Source of the DNA: Heterodontus francisci
Taxonomy: Eukaryota
DNA length: 64,000 nt
Direction of reading: 5' to 3'
Assembly: GCF_036365525.1 (NCBI RefSeq)
Contig: NC_090392.1
Location: 75,036,345 to 75,100,344, forward strand
Position numbers and translations under genes: made by a program. The notes below the pieces were generated by a model. It did no database searches. It was given only the letters and a program-made list of their open reading frames with translations, and was not told the DNA's origin. Numbering within the stretch: the first letter of the stretch is position 1; every line of letters starts with the position of its first letter. Below are positions 1-12,943 of the stretch, piece by piece.

Positions 1-835
1 AAATGCAAAGTGTTGTTGCTGCATTTCATTTAAGTAACCACCCAGACCCACCATGCGCTCTGACCTGTAGCATCCATTTCCAATGGCCATCAGTGAAACG
101 CTTTGGTTAAATGCACTGCATGATCTCATATTGTTGTTGAATATCATTGGAAAATCATGCGCGCAGCATTCCTTCTCTGGCCTTGGACCTTCTGTAAAGT
201 CTGGCTTATATGGAGGGCCTGAGTGTCAAGCCACCCCTGACCACAAGAAATGGCAGCCAGCAGAGCTGGCAGTGGCAATCATTTGCATTCAATGGCACTT
301 CTGCCTCTGAAGGGCCCTTGAAATACCAGCTCCTGAGGTGGATCATAAACCTTTCACTGTCCCCCCCCCCGCCCCAACTTTAAGGCAATAGAGCCACCTC
401 ATTTAAAGTATGACTGCCAAAATTAAGACTATTGTTGGGAAAGATTAGGAGCAGTGAATCATTACATGAGGAAGAAGCTCCATACGACACTGAGGACATG
501 GGAAAGGTGGCAGCCTAATGTCATTGACTTCTCTCTTGACACATTTAAGCAATGCACTGATATATTCAAATTGTTATCACATTTCTCCATTGGCGTTAGT
601 TTGCTGTTCGGAGTAGTGCTACTGTTGGTGATACTATAATTAGGGATACTAGGGAAATTGAGATGGAAAGTCATAACCACCCCCTCACCACCATCCCCCA
701 CCAATCCCATCACTGCATGGGTCCAAGTCTAGAACTTGACTGCCTTCCATTCTCTCTTGCACTGGAAAATGGTGCATGGCGGAAAGGGACGTAGAGTGGA
801 GAAGAATGTGAATTTTAATCAGTTTGCTCACTTAC

Positions 836-1471
836 AATTAGTGGCCTCATGACATAACAAATATTACTTAATATTCCAAGGATTTTTGAGATTATTCAAC
901 TTGACATCACCTCCTCCTTTGATGACTGTTTCACTGAAGTGTCAGAACACAGCAATTACACATTGATTTCAATAGGATCTACTCTCAGATGAAGCAACAA
1001 CTTGAATATCTATGGGCTTATACATTCCTTTTGGGTCTTACAATTATTTGTCATCTTAAGAATCAATGTTAAGTAAAGATATGAATTTTAAGTCATATTA
1101 ATTCAGTCTCGCCATGAATACTCTCAGAAATGAGTACCTCAGAGAACCTTCAGAGCACACACTTTTACCAGGAATGTTCAAACACTGGACACTATAAACT
1201 CAACAACAAGTGGGATGTCGGACTGGGCCTGGTCTTGATCGGATTAGAAGTCCAAGTCTCCATTGGAAATTCCACTGGGAGATCATAAAAGAATCTAAGG
1301 ACAATGCCAATGTCCAAATTGGCATTGAGCCAAACCCAGGTAAATCTCTAAAGAGAGGGAATAGCAATTGGAAGGTGAATCATTCACTGACAGCTGGTTG
1401 AGAAGCTAAGGACAGGGAAGCAGCTGCTGGTCCTTTCAGCCTGGGAATGCTGTGTCGCACCAGGGAGGAAC
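836..1471 (-). other. Candidate internal (probably 5'UTR) exon of the minus-strand host gene; 3' boundary uncertain
   Basis: Strong acceptor on the minus strand (tttattctgctttattcacctctttcag|G at 1471). Possible donors are CTG|GTAAAA (~1168) or ATT|GTAAGT (~836). Unique, non-repetitive sequence with no long ORF. Confidence 0.35.
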
Positions 1472-2069
1472 CTGAAAGAGGTGAATAAAGCAGAATAAAC
1501 ATTTGAAATAACGAACTAATGGCATTTTAAGAAATGAACACATAATTTAATTCTGTCTCACGACAAAAAATAAATTGATTCAAATGTTGTTTACCTATCA
1601 GATTGAAGGTCGTCTAACATTGCGCTGTGTGAAGTTCAGAAACATCAGCCATGATCTCTGAATGAGTGAACACAAGGTGGCGCAGAAAGTATGCAGGTAG
1701 TAATGGTATTTTTAACCTGTTCTCGTCAAGAAGTTAGGCCTTTTTTTATAAACTAATATGAGAAAAAAGCTACTTGAGTACTAACATTCTTGGGATCATT
1801 ACTAAAATGCCAGCTTAATGTTACTTCAATATGGTCAGAGTTTGATTACTGTTTGGTGACTGAGTGGACTTTGCTGACACAGAGAATGAACACATGTTAA
1901 TGTCAAGTGCTGCGGAGTGATCAGGTGAAGTTTCATTTCCATGACTATCCCACACAATAAGTTTCAGTTTTTCCTCAGTGAATAACCTAATCTATGTGGC
2001 TCATCTAACTCATAAACTCACTAGATCCTGTGCTCTCTGATTTATATTAGCTCTGGTTCTAGCAACCCC

Positions 2070-2435
2070 TCGATTTCAAAATTCTCATCCTTGGGTTCAA
2101 ATCCCTCCATACCCTCCACTCCCTGTCCTTTTCTCTGTAATCACCTCCAGCCCTACAACCCTCCAAGACATTCATGCTTCTCCAAATCTGACCTCTTGGT
2201 GGATGTGTCTTCAGCTGCCTCGGCACTAATTGTCTCCCGAAACCTTGCTAGCTCTCTTCCTCTCTTTCCTCATTTACGTCGCTCCTTAAAACCAACCTCT
2301 TTGACCAAGCTTTTGGTCACCTGTCCAAATATCTCTTTGTGGCTCGGTGTCAAATGCTGTTTGACAATATTCCTGTGAAGAGCCTTGGGATGTTTTACTA
2401 TGTTAAAGGTGCTATAAAAATGTAAGTTGTTCTTG
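2070..2435 (+). mobile_element. L2/CR1-group LINE 3' end relic
   Basis: aaaattctcatcc...aaatccctccat...gctccttaaaacc..ctctttgaccaagcttttggtcacc...aaaggtgctata..gttgtt tail; same family at 18675-18715/21008-21120 and 50300-50640. Confidence 0.7.
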
Positions 2436-2545
2436 TTGGTCATAGGGGCCTCTATTCAGTTATTAGTCATTTTCTTCCCTATTTTAGCACCGCCTCCTCT
2501 CCCTGCAACATTCCCTGGGCTACAATGAACACCAAGTCACTATAG

Positions 2546-2904
2546 TTTTAGTTTAGTTTTAGTTTTAGAGATACAGCACTGAAACAGGCCCTTCGGCCCA
2601 CTGAGTCTGTGCCAACCATCAACCACCCATTTATACTAATCCTACACTAATTCCATATTCCTACCACATCCCCACCTTCCCTATATTTCCCTACCAGCTA
2701 CCTACACTAGGGTCAATTTATAATGGCCAATTAACCTATCAACCAGCAAGTCTTTGGCATGTGGAAGGAAACCGGAGCACCCGGAGGAAACCCACACAGA
2801 CACAGGGAGAACTTGCAAACTCCACACAGGCAGTACCCGGAATTGAACCCGGGTCGCTGGAGCTGTGAGGCTGCGGTGCTAACCACTGCGCCACTGTGCC
2901 ACCC
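2546..2904 (-). mobile_element. HE1-like tRNA-derived SINE (V-SINE type)
   Basis: Minus strand GGGTGGCACAGTGGCGCAGTGGTTAGCACC (A box) ...CCGGGTTCAATTCC (B box); CR1-like tail gggccgaagggcctgtttcagtgctgtat; short (ctaaa)n tail. Confidence 0.9.
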
Positions 2905-4994
2905 CAGTGAAGTCGAGGAATGTCCCTGGATGGAGGAAAGTTCGAAGACTAAGCACTCTATATTTTCTTGCGTATGTCCTCAGTTGGTTTTACAGTGAAC
3001 GAGCACCATCGACTACAGATGTGCAACACCACTGTGGCTGTTGGTACTCTTCAATATAAAGCAGCAAATCTCTGGAAAGCCAACAGTATTGCAAATTGGT
3101 ATTTTCATTGGGTTTCCTGTTATAATTAAAAGAGCAGTACCAGACTGCATTCCTTTTAATGATAAGAATGGTGGGTCTGTGGCTTTAATTGACAGTGGTG
3201 GCAGGAATAAATCTAAATAAGGGGTTTTCAGTGGTGTTGGAGCACATGGGGGGTTTCTGCTCATAACTGGGATCAGATTGTGTAGAGTAAAAGGGATACT
3301 ACTGGCTGAAGTTTAAGCGAGTAGGAAGGTCACTCTTTCCTTATTGTGGCCCAAAGAATGCTGCAGGAGGACATGATGATAAAGTAGGGGGGGGGGGGGG
3401 GGGGAGGGAAATAACAAATAAATGGATGGAGGGTCTTATGACTTAGTGAGTAGTTGAGCCATTTGGAACAGATCCGTGCTGTGTTAACTGATGATAATGA
3501 TGCTCTAACTGACCTCAGCACCTCTGGGAGGGAGGGAGCAGGTGGAAATTAGTCATAATTCCCTGATCCCTATTCAGTGACTGTTATGAGGAGTATATGT
3601 GAAGGTGAGGGTGGGATGAGGTATGGCTGTGATGTCCTCTTCTGTGGTTGAGCCACTTGCTGTCACTTATTGCTTTGTACACGAATGATGGCATCTTGAG
3701 AAAGTTATAGGAAACCAACAGTAACTCATATCCTAGTAAGGAGTTAAAACCTTCAGGAAAGGAAAACAAAATAAATAGTGGAGGTTACAGTAGATAAAAA
3801 GAATGGGATCCATGACACAATTCATACAGAGATCAAAGTTGATGCCACATTTGGACATTGTATCGTGGAGAGAACTGTTCTTGCACTGGTGAATGGGGCA
3901 CTTAAATGAAGGTCTCATCAAAGAAGGCCTGCCAAATCACTCGTATGACCTGCACTTGGCTGTGGATGAATGTTCTTTTGATCCTTTGAAAGACAAAGGT
4001 GTGGAGTGAGCAGCAAACACGGCTGTGTGTTTGCTATTGGTCGTGGCTGTCTCAGATATGTCCAAAGCCAGAGATGAAGAGGGTAGCCATATCTCTGAGA
4101 ACCTCCTTTCTTTCTTTCGTCAAATAACCCAGACACGGTAGATTGCCTGGAAGCAAATGCATCTTGGCTGCAGCCTGGGAAGCAGTCAGTCACTTATATG
4201 GTCCTGTTACGATGGTCAAAGCTAACCTGTATGCTAATGGATTGGAAGTCTGTGTGATGCATAAAGCCAATGGGATTGTGTGCAAGAGCTGTATGGGGAC
4301 ACAGCACTTACTAGTTGAGAAAATTGCACTGCTCTCCCATTCTACTGCTGATTGTCCATTGGGAGCATGAAAGCATTATTTATCCCAGGGAATAATGCAA
4401 CAGTTACCTGCTTGATATATTTCTGAACAGTAATGCACATTTCTGCATTTTTATCATTTGTTTCTAAATTAAAGACAAATGACTGAGTATAAGCATGTAT
4501 TTTCCTGCAAACCGATGCTTGGTCCAATATTAGATAATGTCAATGTCTTTTCAAATCTGGCGACAGGATTCAATTCAGCGCACAAGACAGGATGAATGTC
4601 TCCTGTCATATAATTGTCCCAAGAGACCTACCTGAGTTTAAGCTGCCTTTATGCAGCTCCCTGTGGGCCTGTTTACAGCACAAAGCTATCAATACATTAG
4701 GTACTAAATTATATTCATCCAGTCATCTTGTCTTGAAAGGTCATAGGAACAGAAAATGTAGGAATTCATAACGGCACATAGGAGATTCTTGGCGGCAGGT
4801 GGGATTAAGCAGACTCAGGAAATGTTCTGCTTTAATAAACTTCCTGGACAGGATAAGAGTCTTGTGGGCTGTTCTTCTTGCAGGACTATTATCCAGTTCT
4901 CTCTTTCTAGCTGATATCTAAAACAAATGGGTTACCGTTGCCACTAATTTAATGTAACCAGAAAATCACAACTTCTCTTGTCCTTCCCTGTCAC

Positions 4995-5029
<35 letters not shown>

Positions 5030-5324
5030 CTTTTACCAAAAATATTATGGTTGGTGCTCTCCTTCATTTTGCTGTCTTCTTCCTCTTACTCTCCAAATTA
5101 AATGGTTGTGCAATCTCTTTCTCCTCTTTGCATCCTCAATGTGTTGAAATCAAATCTCATTGCACGGTCATAAACTCATTCTTTTCCAAGGCTTCCAAAT
5201 TGTGGATCTGCTCACCTCTCCAATCTTCCCTTCCTCTGAAAATGTACAGGTTTTAAAACTCAAGCTTGGCATCATCTGACAACACTTCTAGAGTTATCTC
5301 ATCTTATTTCCTACTGTTTTTAGA

Positions 5325-6250
5325 GGGGCAGTAGCATAGTGGTTATGTTGCCTGACTAGTAATCCAGAGGCCTACACTAATGATCCAGAGAGATGGGGCT
5401 GAATTTTGCCCCAATATGCGGATGCATAACTTTGCGCCATGAGCCATGTTCCCGGAGGCAGGATCAGGGTGGAAGGGCTACCCACCCACAAGCAGCAGGA
5501 GGCCAATTAAGGTAAGTTTAAGGCCAATTATCAAAGACCGAGTGGAATTTAGAGGGGCTTCCCCTCCACAATGGTGGCCTGGCAGCTTCGGCTATTTTTA
5601 GTTCAATTTCTTTAAATTTGCTGAGAGGGCACCTCAAGGTGGAGGAGCCCTCTCTCTCCCTTACCTGCAATGGCAGGCTGCAGCTCCTTCCGTGCTGGAG
5701 TGCCTCCTACTGGCCCTCCAGCTTTGAGAGCCCACTCGTCATCCTTAATGGGATGGCGAGTGTGCCCTCTGACCACCAGTTGGCCAATTCAGGGGAAATC
5801 ACTGTTGGGTGACTTTTCTCGACACAGTGCAGGGTCAGGCGCCCACTTGACCCCGACGTTGGGGTTTTGACCCCAAACCCAAAATCCTGCCTATAAGTTC
5901 CAAATCCCACTACAGTAGCTGGGAAATTTAAATTCAATTAACTAAATAAATCTGGAATACAAAGCTGGTATCAATAATGGTGATCATGAAACTACTAGAT
6001 TGTTGCAAAAACCCATCTGATTCACTAATGTCCTTCAGAGAAGGAAATCTGCTGTCCTTACTTGGTTTGACCTATATACAAATCCAGACCCACAGCAATG
6101 TTGTTGACTCTTAACTGCCCTCTGAAATCACATAGCAAGCCATTCAGTTGTATTCAAGAAGACAGCTGACCACCACCTTCTCAAGGGCAATTAGGGAGGA
6201 GCAATAAATGCTGGTCTTTCCCGTGATACCCACATCCCATGAATGAATAA
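5325..6250 (+). mobile_element. tRNA-derived SINE (second family) interrupted by a MITE
   Basis: ggggcagtagcatagtggttatg..gactagtaatccagagg head; resumes at 5893 with agttccaaatccc; ends cacatcccatgaatgaataaaa; same family at 9290-9680 and 10520-11590. Confidence 0.8.
5396..5892. mobile_element. PIF/Harbinger-like MITE
   Basis: TIRs gggctgaatttt / aaaatcctgcct; ~3-bp TSD ATG/ATA; splits a SINE. Confidence 0.65.
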
Positions 6251-6390
6251 AAGAATGGTTGTGTGGTTCTTGCCCGTTCTTATTAATAAAAAGCTGGGCC
6301 CTCCCGAATTTGAACATGACTATTGATGTAGACACATGTATCCTTGTTGCTGTAAGATAATGCAAGCAGTCACAAAGACAAAAATACTGT

Positions 6391-7114
6391 GACCAGAATT
6401 TTACGCCCCCAAACTCACGGGCCGAGGTGGTGGGGGGGGGGGGGGGGGGGGGGGTGGCGGGAGGCTGTTCCCGAACTCCTTCCGCCCCCATTGTAATTCT
6501 ACACGGGGCGGCGACAAGAAAAGGCCCGCCAGCCCCAAGCCAATCAAGGCCCTGAAGTGGCCAAATAACTGACACTTAAGGGCCTCTGCCCACTGCCGCG
6601 GGTGTTTTACCCTTGGCTAGCAGGCAGCCTAGGCCTCAAAAAGCCCACCTGGCGAAACCAGCTAACCTTTTTCTAGGCTGGTGGGGGGCCTTCCTGATCG
6701 GGCACCCTGTGCCCCATGGAGGACTGCCCCCCAAAGCCCCAATTGCCCCCAACCCACAACACTCACCCCGCCCTCTTAACTGAACCCCCCCTTGCCTCAC
6801 CAGGTCTCCGACCAATTGTCCTCGGTGAGGCCCTGAAAACGTACCTTTTTTCCAGGGCCATCCTTCCTATTGGTTCCAACGGCTGGGTGTAGTCCCAGCA
6901 GTGACCACCGTTCCCTGTGGTGCTGCAGGGACTAAGAGCTGGTGGACCCACTGATTGGCCAGCAGCTCCATTAGGTGGAAGTCCTGCCCAAGACGAATTA
7001 TGGGCCTGGGAAGCGAAAAATCCCAGTTTGGCTCCCCAGGCTCGGCGGAGGTGGGCTCGCCACCAACTTTTCGGCTGGTGGATGGGGCCTCCCGCCCAAC
7101 GAAAAATTCCAGCC
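6391..7114. mobile_element. PIF/Harbinger-like MITE
   Basis: TIRs gaccagaatttt / aaaaattccagcc; 3-bp TSD TGT; GC-rich interior similar to 5396 and 10607. Confidence 0.7.
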
Positions 7115-7282
7115 TGTGTATCTCTCTCCCCATCATGTCCAACTCAAACATGCAAAAGCTCACGTGCACATACTGTGCAGTCACATGTACATGGGTGCGC
7201 ACACAGCTTTATGCACAGTCACACATATTAACAACCCAATAAGTTATAACATGAATTGATCCGACAGTGGATTTAACAGTGG

Positions 7283-7680
7283 AACATAGGAACAGGAGGA
7301 GCTCTTCGGACCTGCTCTGCCATTCAGTTAGATCATGGCTGATCTGTACCTCAAAACCATTTTTCCACCTTTGTTCCATTTCCCTTGATACCCTTACCTA
7401 ACAAAAATCTGTTGATCTCAGTCTTGTAAGCTCCAATTGTCCCAGCATCCACAGCCTATTTCGGGGAGAGAGTTCCAAATTTCTACCATCCTTTGTGTGC
7501 AAAATGGCTTCCTGATTTCGCTCCTGAATGGTCTAGCTCTAATTTTCCAGCTACCCTATCAAATCCTTTTAACATTTTGAACACCTTGATTAGATCTCCC
7601 CTCAATCCTATATACTCAGGGAATGAAAGCCAAGTTTATACAACCTGCTCTGACAATTGGACCCTTTAAGCTCAGCTCTG
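7283..7680 (-). mobile_element. CR1 LINE 3' end relic
   Basis: gaacataggaacaggag..ccattcagttagatcatggctgatct...cccttgatacc, the typical reverse-complement CR1 3'UTR/ORF2 end. Confidence 0.8.
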
Positions 7681-7944
7681 AACCTGCAGAGGAATTTAAG
7701 ATTTTCACCATATCAATATAATAACTACATCACTTCTGCCACTGGTCAGTTCTGTTATACATTTCCAGATATCCTTGATTCTTTCACATAGCTGAACAAA
7801 CAGAGCTTGCAATAACATGATCAGAGAAGCATCCTTGAAGATTTCATGGTCTCAGCATGTAGAGTCGAATAAATATTCTGCACTGTAGCATGCATTACCT
7901 TGCTGTATATCTCTGTCTCCCTATAGAAAACCCAACCAAGCCTT

Positions 7945-8380
7945 GAGCAGCCATGGCTCAGTGGGTAGCCCGCTCATCGCTGAGTCAATAGGGCATGGGT
8001 TTAAGTCTCACCCGTGAGATCTGAGTGGACATTTAAGGCTGACACTCTGGTGCCTTACTGAGAGAACACTATAAAATTGCCTTCAGCTGAGATGTTAAAC
8101 TGAGTCCCTGTTTGCCCTCTCAGGTACATAAAATACCTCATGACACTATTTCAATGAAGAACAGAGGACTTCTAATCAATAGATTATCCTGGCCAATATT
8201 GATCCCTCAAACAATGCCACAAAGCAATCCAAATTATCTGGTCATTGATGTTTCTGGGACCTTGCTGTATGCAAATTGGCTGCACTACAACAATGACTAC
8301 ACTTCTAAATTACTCATTGACTGTAAAGTGCTTTGGGATATCCTGAAGTCATGAAAGGTGCTATATAAATACAAGTCTTT
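7945..8380 (+). mobile_element. Deu-domain (SacSINE1/AmnSINE-like) SINE
   Basis: tRNA-like head gcagccatggctcagtgggtagc; central gatgttaaactgag..ccctg / cctggccaatatt / gggaccttgctgt motifs; tail aaaggtgctatataaatacaag shared with the L2 relics. Confidence 0.7.
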
Positions 8381-9289
8381 TTTTCCCCCAGTTCTTATTT
8401 GAAAAGTAAAGACCCTTTCTGGTCTACCTTCCACGCCCAGCAAAAGTTAATCTTGCACATTGCAGCTGATATCCAAGTTGTGCGTCAAAACAAAATTATT
8501 TCAGAATAGTTTTTTGGAGGAATGTTGTAATGTATTTTGCCTCAGGCAACACAGAATAATAATGGAATCTTCAAAGCAATGTTATTTCCTAAATCAATTT
8601 AATGTTTGTTTCTTCCTTCATTCATTCTAAATCTACATTAGGTATTGTTATGGTCTAGGTTATTTGCTTATTGACTATAAATTCTACGCAAGTTTTGAAA
8701 TTCTTTACAGCTCAGTCCTAATTCATTTTTTCTTCCATGTTTATTGTAAACATTCGAATTTCTTAACCATTATGAAAAACCCTCCAAACACAAATTAATT
8801 TAGTGACCATGTGATCTTTGCAAATAAAACTTGTTTGGAATATAAATAATCTGGTGCCATTCCAGTTTCCACAGGTGCTTCAAATTCTGTAACATAATAC
8901 CTTAAAATCCTATTCTTTGTAATCTGTGGAGAATCAAAATATTTCCTACATGAGTCACTTAATGCGATGTGAATGTAACATTTTATGCCAGTCACAACAC
9001 ACAATGTTCAATGACCTTAGGAGATACAATATATTGATTAATCACTTATCTGCCTGCCAGGTCTTTTAAGTTTGTGGGTGTCACTCTTGGGTCTCTAACT
9101 AAATCAATGGTACATATGGATAATAATTTATCCCCCACTAACTTAATGCACTTGCAAAATGCACATACTTTCAAGCTTGGTAATCAAAGAGTTAAAAATC
9201 AGAACCCTGATGTTATCTTAACTCATTCTCACATAAAGCAGGAGGAGAGAAACAAGTGATAATCAGGCAGCTGGTATGATTTTTTTAAA

Positions 9290-9680
9290 AAATTATTAAT
9301 TCACAGGACGTGGGCATCATTGGCAAGATCAGCATTTATTGTCCATCCCTAGTTGCCCTTGAGGAGGTGGTGAACAACTAAGTGGCTTGCTCGGCCATTT
9401 CAGAGAGCAGTTAAGAATCAACCCCATTGCTGTGGGTCTGGAGTCACATATAGGCCAGACTGGGTAATGACAGCATATTTCCTTCCCTAAAGGACATTAG
9501 TGAACCAGATGGGTTTTATAGCAATCCAGAAGTTACATGATCATCATTATTTTAATTAATTAATTAATCAACTGGATTTAAATTCCCCAACTACCATGTT
9601 GGGATTGAAACTCAAGTCTCAGAATGGTTAGTCCAGGCCTCTAAGTTACTAGTCCAGTAATATAACCACTATGTACTGTA
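9290..9680 (-). mobile_element. tRNA-derived SINE (second family)
   Basis: Reverse complement of the 5325-6250 family (ttactagtccagtaatataaccact; ccttccctaaaggacattagtgaaccagatggg). Confidence 0.8.
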
Positions 9681-10519
9681 ACCCAGAATGTCTCTCTTCA
9701 TATCATGCCAAAGAGAACAGTGCAGCTTCATGAAAGGATGTAAGTAAGATATAACAGAAAGAGGAAATCTCTGAATCTGAAACCACTCTTCATCCCCACC
9801 CTCCTAAATCTCCTACGCTTGCCCCGTTCTTTCCAGCCCCACTACAAACTTGCATATATTGTATGTTTTCTTTACAGAACAGTGTTTAAATAAATGACCA
9901 CCTTTATCTAAAACAAGCTGGGTAGAAAAAAAGAGGTAGGTAGGTAGTTCGATAAGTATATAGATAAGCAGTTTCATATTCAAATACAAAACATAAATCT
10001 ATGTATCAGTCATATAAGTGTATTAGTCACACCCACTTTAAAATTGCCTTTTTAATAAACTCTCTATGAAGTGCATTGGGTTTATAAGCCATGCCCTGTA
10101 GTTAGTGGTAACAAAACACACATGAAACTGCAGTCTATACACAAGATATGATGGTAGATACTAATATGAGTCAGAACAGTATTGATGATCCTGCCTTTGT
10201 CTTGACAGATAGAAACTGTTACTAGTGTCTTTGTTCTTATTTTGATTTTAATGCTGAAATCCCCTTTCCCCGTGTCCGCAATAGTTTCACACTTTCTAGT
10301 GTTCCTGGTATGTATGAGGGCTGTCTATAACCAGAACCACATCTTTTCAGCAACAGTAATGCACAGATTGATCTCCAAATCCAGCCTGCACTATAAACAG
10401 GGCAAATTTGGAACATAGGAAACTGTGCCAGTGCAGAGCAGCTTTCACTGCTCATAACTCCAAGATGGATTTGGGTAATAAATACTTTTATCCCATTGAC
10501 CTGTTAGAATTTTCAAACT

Positions 10520-11590
10520 ATTTTTTTAAATATTTGTTCCTCAGATGTGGATGACACTGGCAAGTTGACATTGATTGGCCATCTTTAATTGTCCTGAGAG
10601 AAGTAAGAGTTGGATTTTACTAGCCATCTGGAGGCAGGCTGGGAGGTGGGAGGGCTGGTAAAATGGCTGTGTATGGCATTGAGAGGGGAGTGTGATGTCT
10701 TCCCACTATGACAGCATATTACCAGCGGCGGGCACCTCAGCGGCGTGGCTGCCCACTGTGTGGCCATTTAGGCCAGTTAAGTGCCCAATTAAAAGCCACT
10801 TCCTGCTCCCACCAGCATTTTACCAGTTTCAGAAGGCGCTGCCAGCACATGGGGAGACTGCCAGGTCAACCCTGGCGGCCTCCCAGTGGGTTCCAGGGGT
10901 GGGAGGGGGGGGGGGGGCCTGCTTTATGGCTGCTCCATGGCCCATGGAAGGCCCCCCCTGGTGGCAATAGCCATCCCTGCGGCTACGGCACCACCAATGG
11001 AGGATGCACTCCACTCCCCGGATTGTTGGGGCCTGCCGAAAAGAACTTCTGAGCTGCCCCCTCCTTCAACTTGCAGCCTCAGCAGTGGCCACCTCCAACT
11101 GTGGTGCTGCCAAGGCTGCCGAGCTGCTGGCCCTCTGATCAGGCCGGCAGCTCTGGGATGCGGGCTGCACCCTCAGTTGGACAGATGACCCAGCAGTGGC
11201 CTCTTAATTAGTCACCACCAGTAAAATGCAGCCCTGGGTTCCACCGCCACTGGTGTGGGTTTGGGTTTGCTTTTGGTCCCAGTGGCAGGACCACTTACCT
11301 TCTCCAAAAATTCAGCCTTAAGAGTCAACCATGGTGTATGTTGCTGGAGTCAGGGTTAGCACAGGCATGATAGGGCTCGCAGGTTCCCTTTCCTGAAGGG
11401 CATTCATGAACCAGTTGGGTTTTTAACAATCATCTGTTGTTATTTTTCCCCATAGTAATTTTATCCAATGCTAGCCCACAAATTATCTCATTTGCTAAAC
11501 TCAGTTTCCCTGTTTACTATGATAGGATTTGAACTCACAAATTCTAACATTGCTAGTCTATTCCCCTATCCATTTGTCTACTGTACCCTT
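10520..11590 (-). mobile_element. tRNA-derived SINE (second family) interrupted by a MITE
   Basis: SINE sequence continues across the insertion (..aagTAA | TAAgagtcaacc..). Confidence 0.7.
10607..11318. mobile_element. PIF/Harbinger-like MITE
   Basis: TIRs gagttggatttt / aaaaattcagcct; exact TAA TSD (10604-10606, 11319-11321). Confidence 0.75.
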
Positions 11591-12910
11591 CTTAATAGCC
11601 ACCCTGAAAATAGATTCATCTTGAAGTTGTTTGTGGGATCTTGATGTGGGCAAAATGCTGTCTTTGCTTACATAATAAGAACCATTGTACTTCAAAGTAA
11701 TTTATTGCATGTGAAGTGTTTTGAGATGCTTCTAAACAATACGTTAAGGTACCACATAAATGCATGACTTTCTTTTGGACATAGAATTTAGAAAATATCT
11801 CAGGGGAATCATTGGACTGTCTTTACATTATTAATATTCATAAAAAGCTGACAAGACAGTCAGTTCTTCACTATGTTTTAAATAAGCAGACAGCTTCATT
11901 AATGCCTGGCCAACTGAAGCAATCTAGCATATCGCTATGCTTCCAGCTGATTGTGCGACAAGGCATCACACTGGTTATTGGGGCTACCCCATTAAATAAA
12001 CAGTATGGGGCATGTCTTTCCTTGTGTTTCATTATGAAGCAACAGGAAAAGACAGTCCGACAGATCAAGTTCTGAAGCGCTTGACTCCCGATTAGAATGC
12101 TCCAGCTTCCAGCCCTGTGGCTATTTCAGATGGCTGAGCCTTATCTGTTCTGAGCTTGGTTACTCAATGTTATGCCATTTGGAAGTGTGGCATTACATCT
12201 TAAGAAGTAAGGGGAGTGGGAAGAGAATGACTGATACAGCCTCTCTAGATGTTACCAAATTGTGTACCTATTTTAGATCACACATAGCATTTGGACTACA
12301 AGGCCAATTATTTGTGTCTTGAGAGGTTGCTTGGTGATGAGAAAAAGCTGAATTGGAGACTGGAAAGAAATTGAATATACATACTCTGAAGCTCTCTGTG
12401 TTAACTTGCTAATGATAGACATTTATTGAAAAACCCGTTTTGTCTGCTAAAGATTATGCAGGACCAAATAAGCTTTCTTTATAATGCAGAACATGTGCAC
12501 AGTGCAAAATGTACACAAGGGTGCAAACAGAATTAAATTAGAAACTTAATTCTGCATATGTTTAAAGATAGATAAGTGCCACAAAATCTATAGTGTAAAC
12601 CTCAGCAATCTTTAAATCACACACTTATATTACTGTTGCCATTTAGTAATGAGTAAAAAATAGAGTGAGCTTCATGTTTACACTTCTTTCCTATATTTAG
12701 AAAACATCAAAGTGTACATGAATATGTGACTCATGTACTGTATCTTATATTTACCCCTCAAGCTGAATATGAAAATAGGTTCTAATACCATTTGGTTAAG
12801 ATCACAGCATCTCAGTTTCAGAACCATGCACAGTGATAAGAATCTAATTATCATCTACATACTTACATACAGAAGGAGGACACCATAATATCTAGTGTAA
12901 ATGTCACAGC

Positions 12911-12911
<1 letters not shown>

Positions 12912-12937
<26 letters not shown>
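12912..12937. repeat. (TA)n microsatellite
   Basis: Direct reading. Confidence 0.95.

Positions 12938-12943
<6 letters not shown>

Noticed and set aside
462-713. 83-aa minus-strand ORF with several N-x-S motifs resembling a GPCR N-terminus
   Set aside because: It stops after one weak hydrophobic stretch, and I found no 7TM continuation in the downstream minus-strand sequence
2850-2904. tRNA genes
   Set aside because: A/B boxes belong to SINE heads; I saw no complete cloverleaf
2759-2998. Short ORFs over SINEs, LTRs, MITEs and antisense to LINE ORFs (many in the ORF track)
   Set aside because: Shadow or chance ORFs within repeats, with no independent coding evidence
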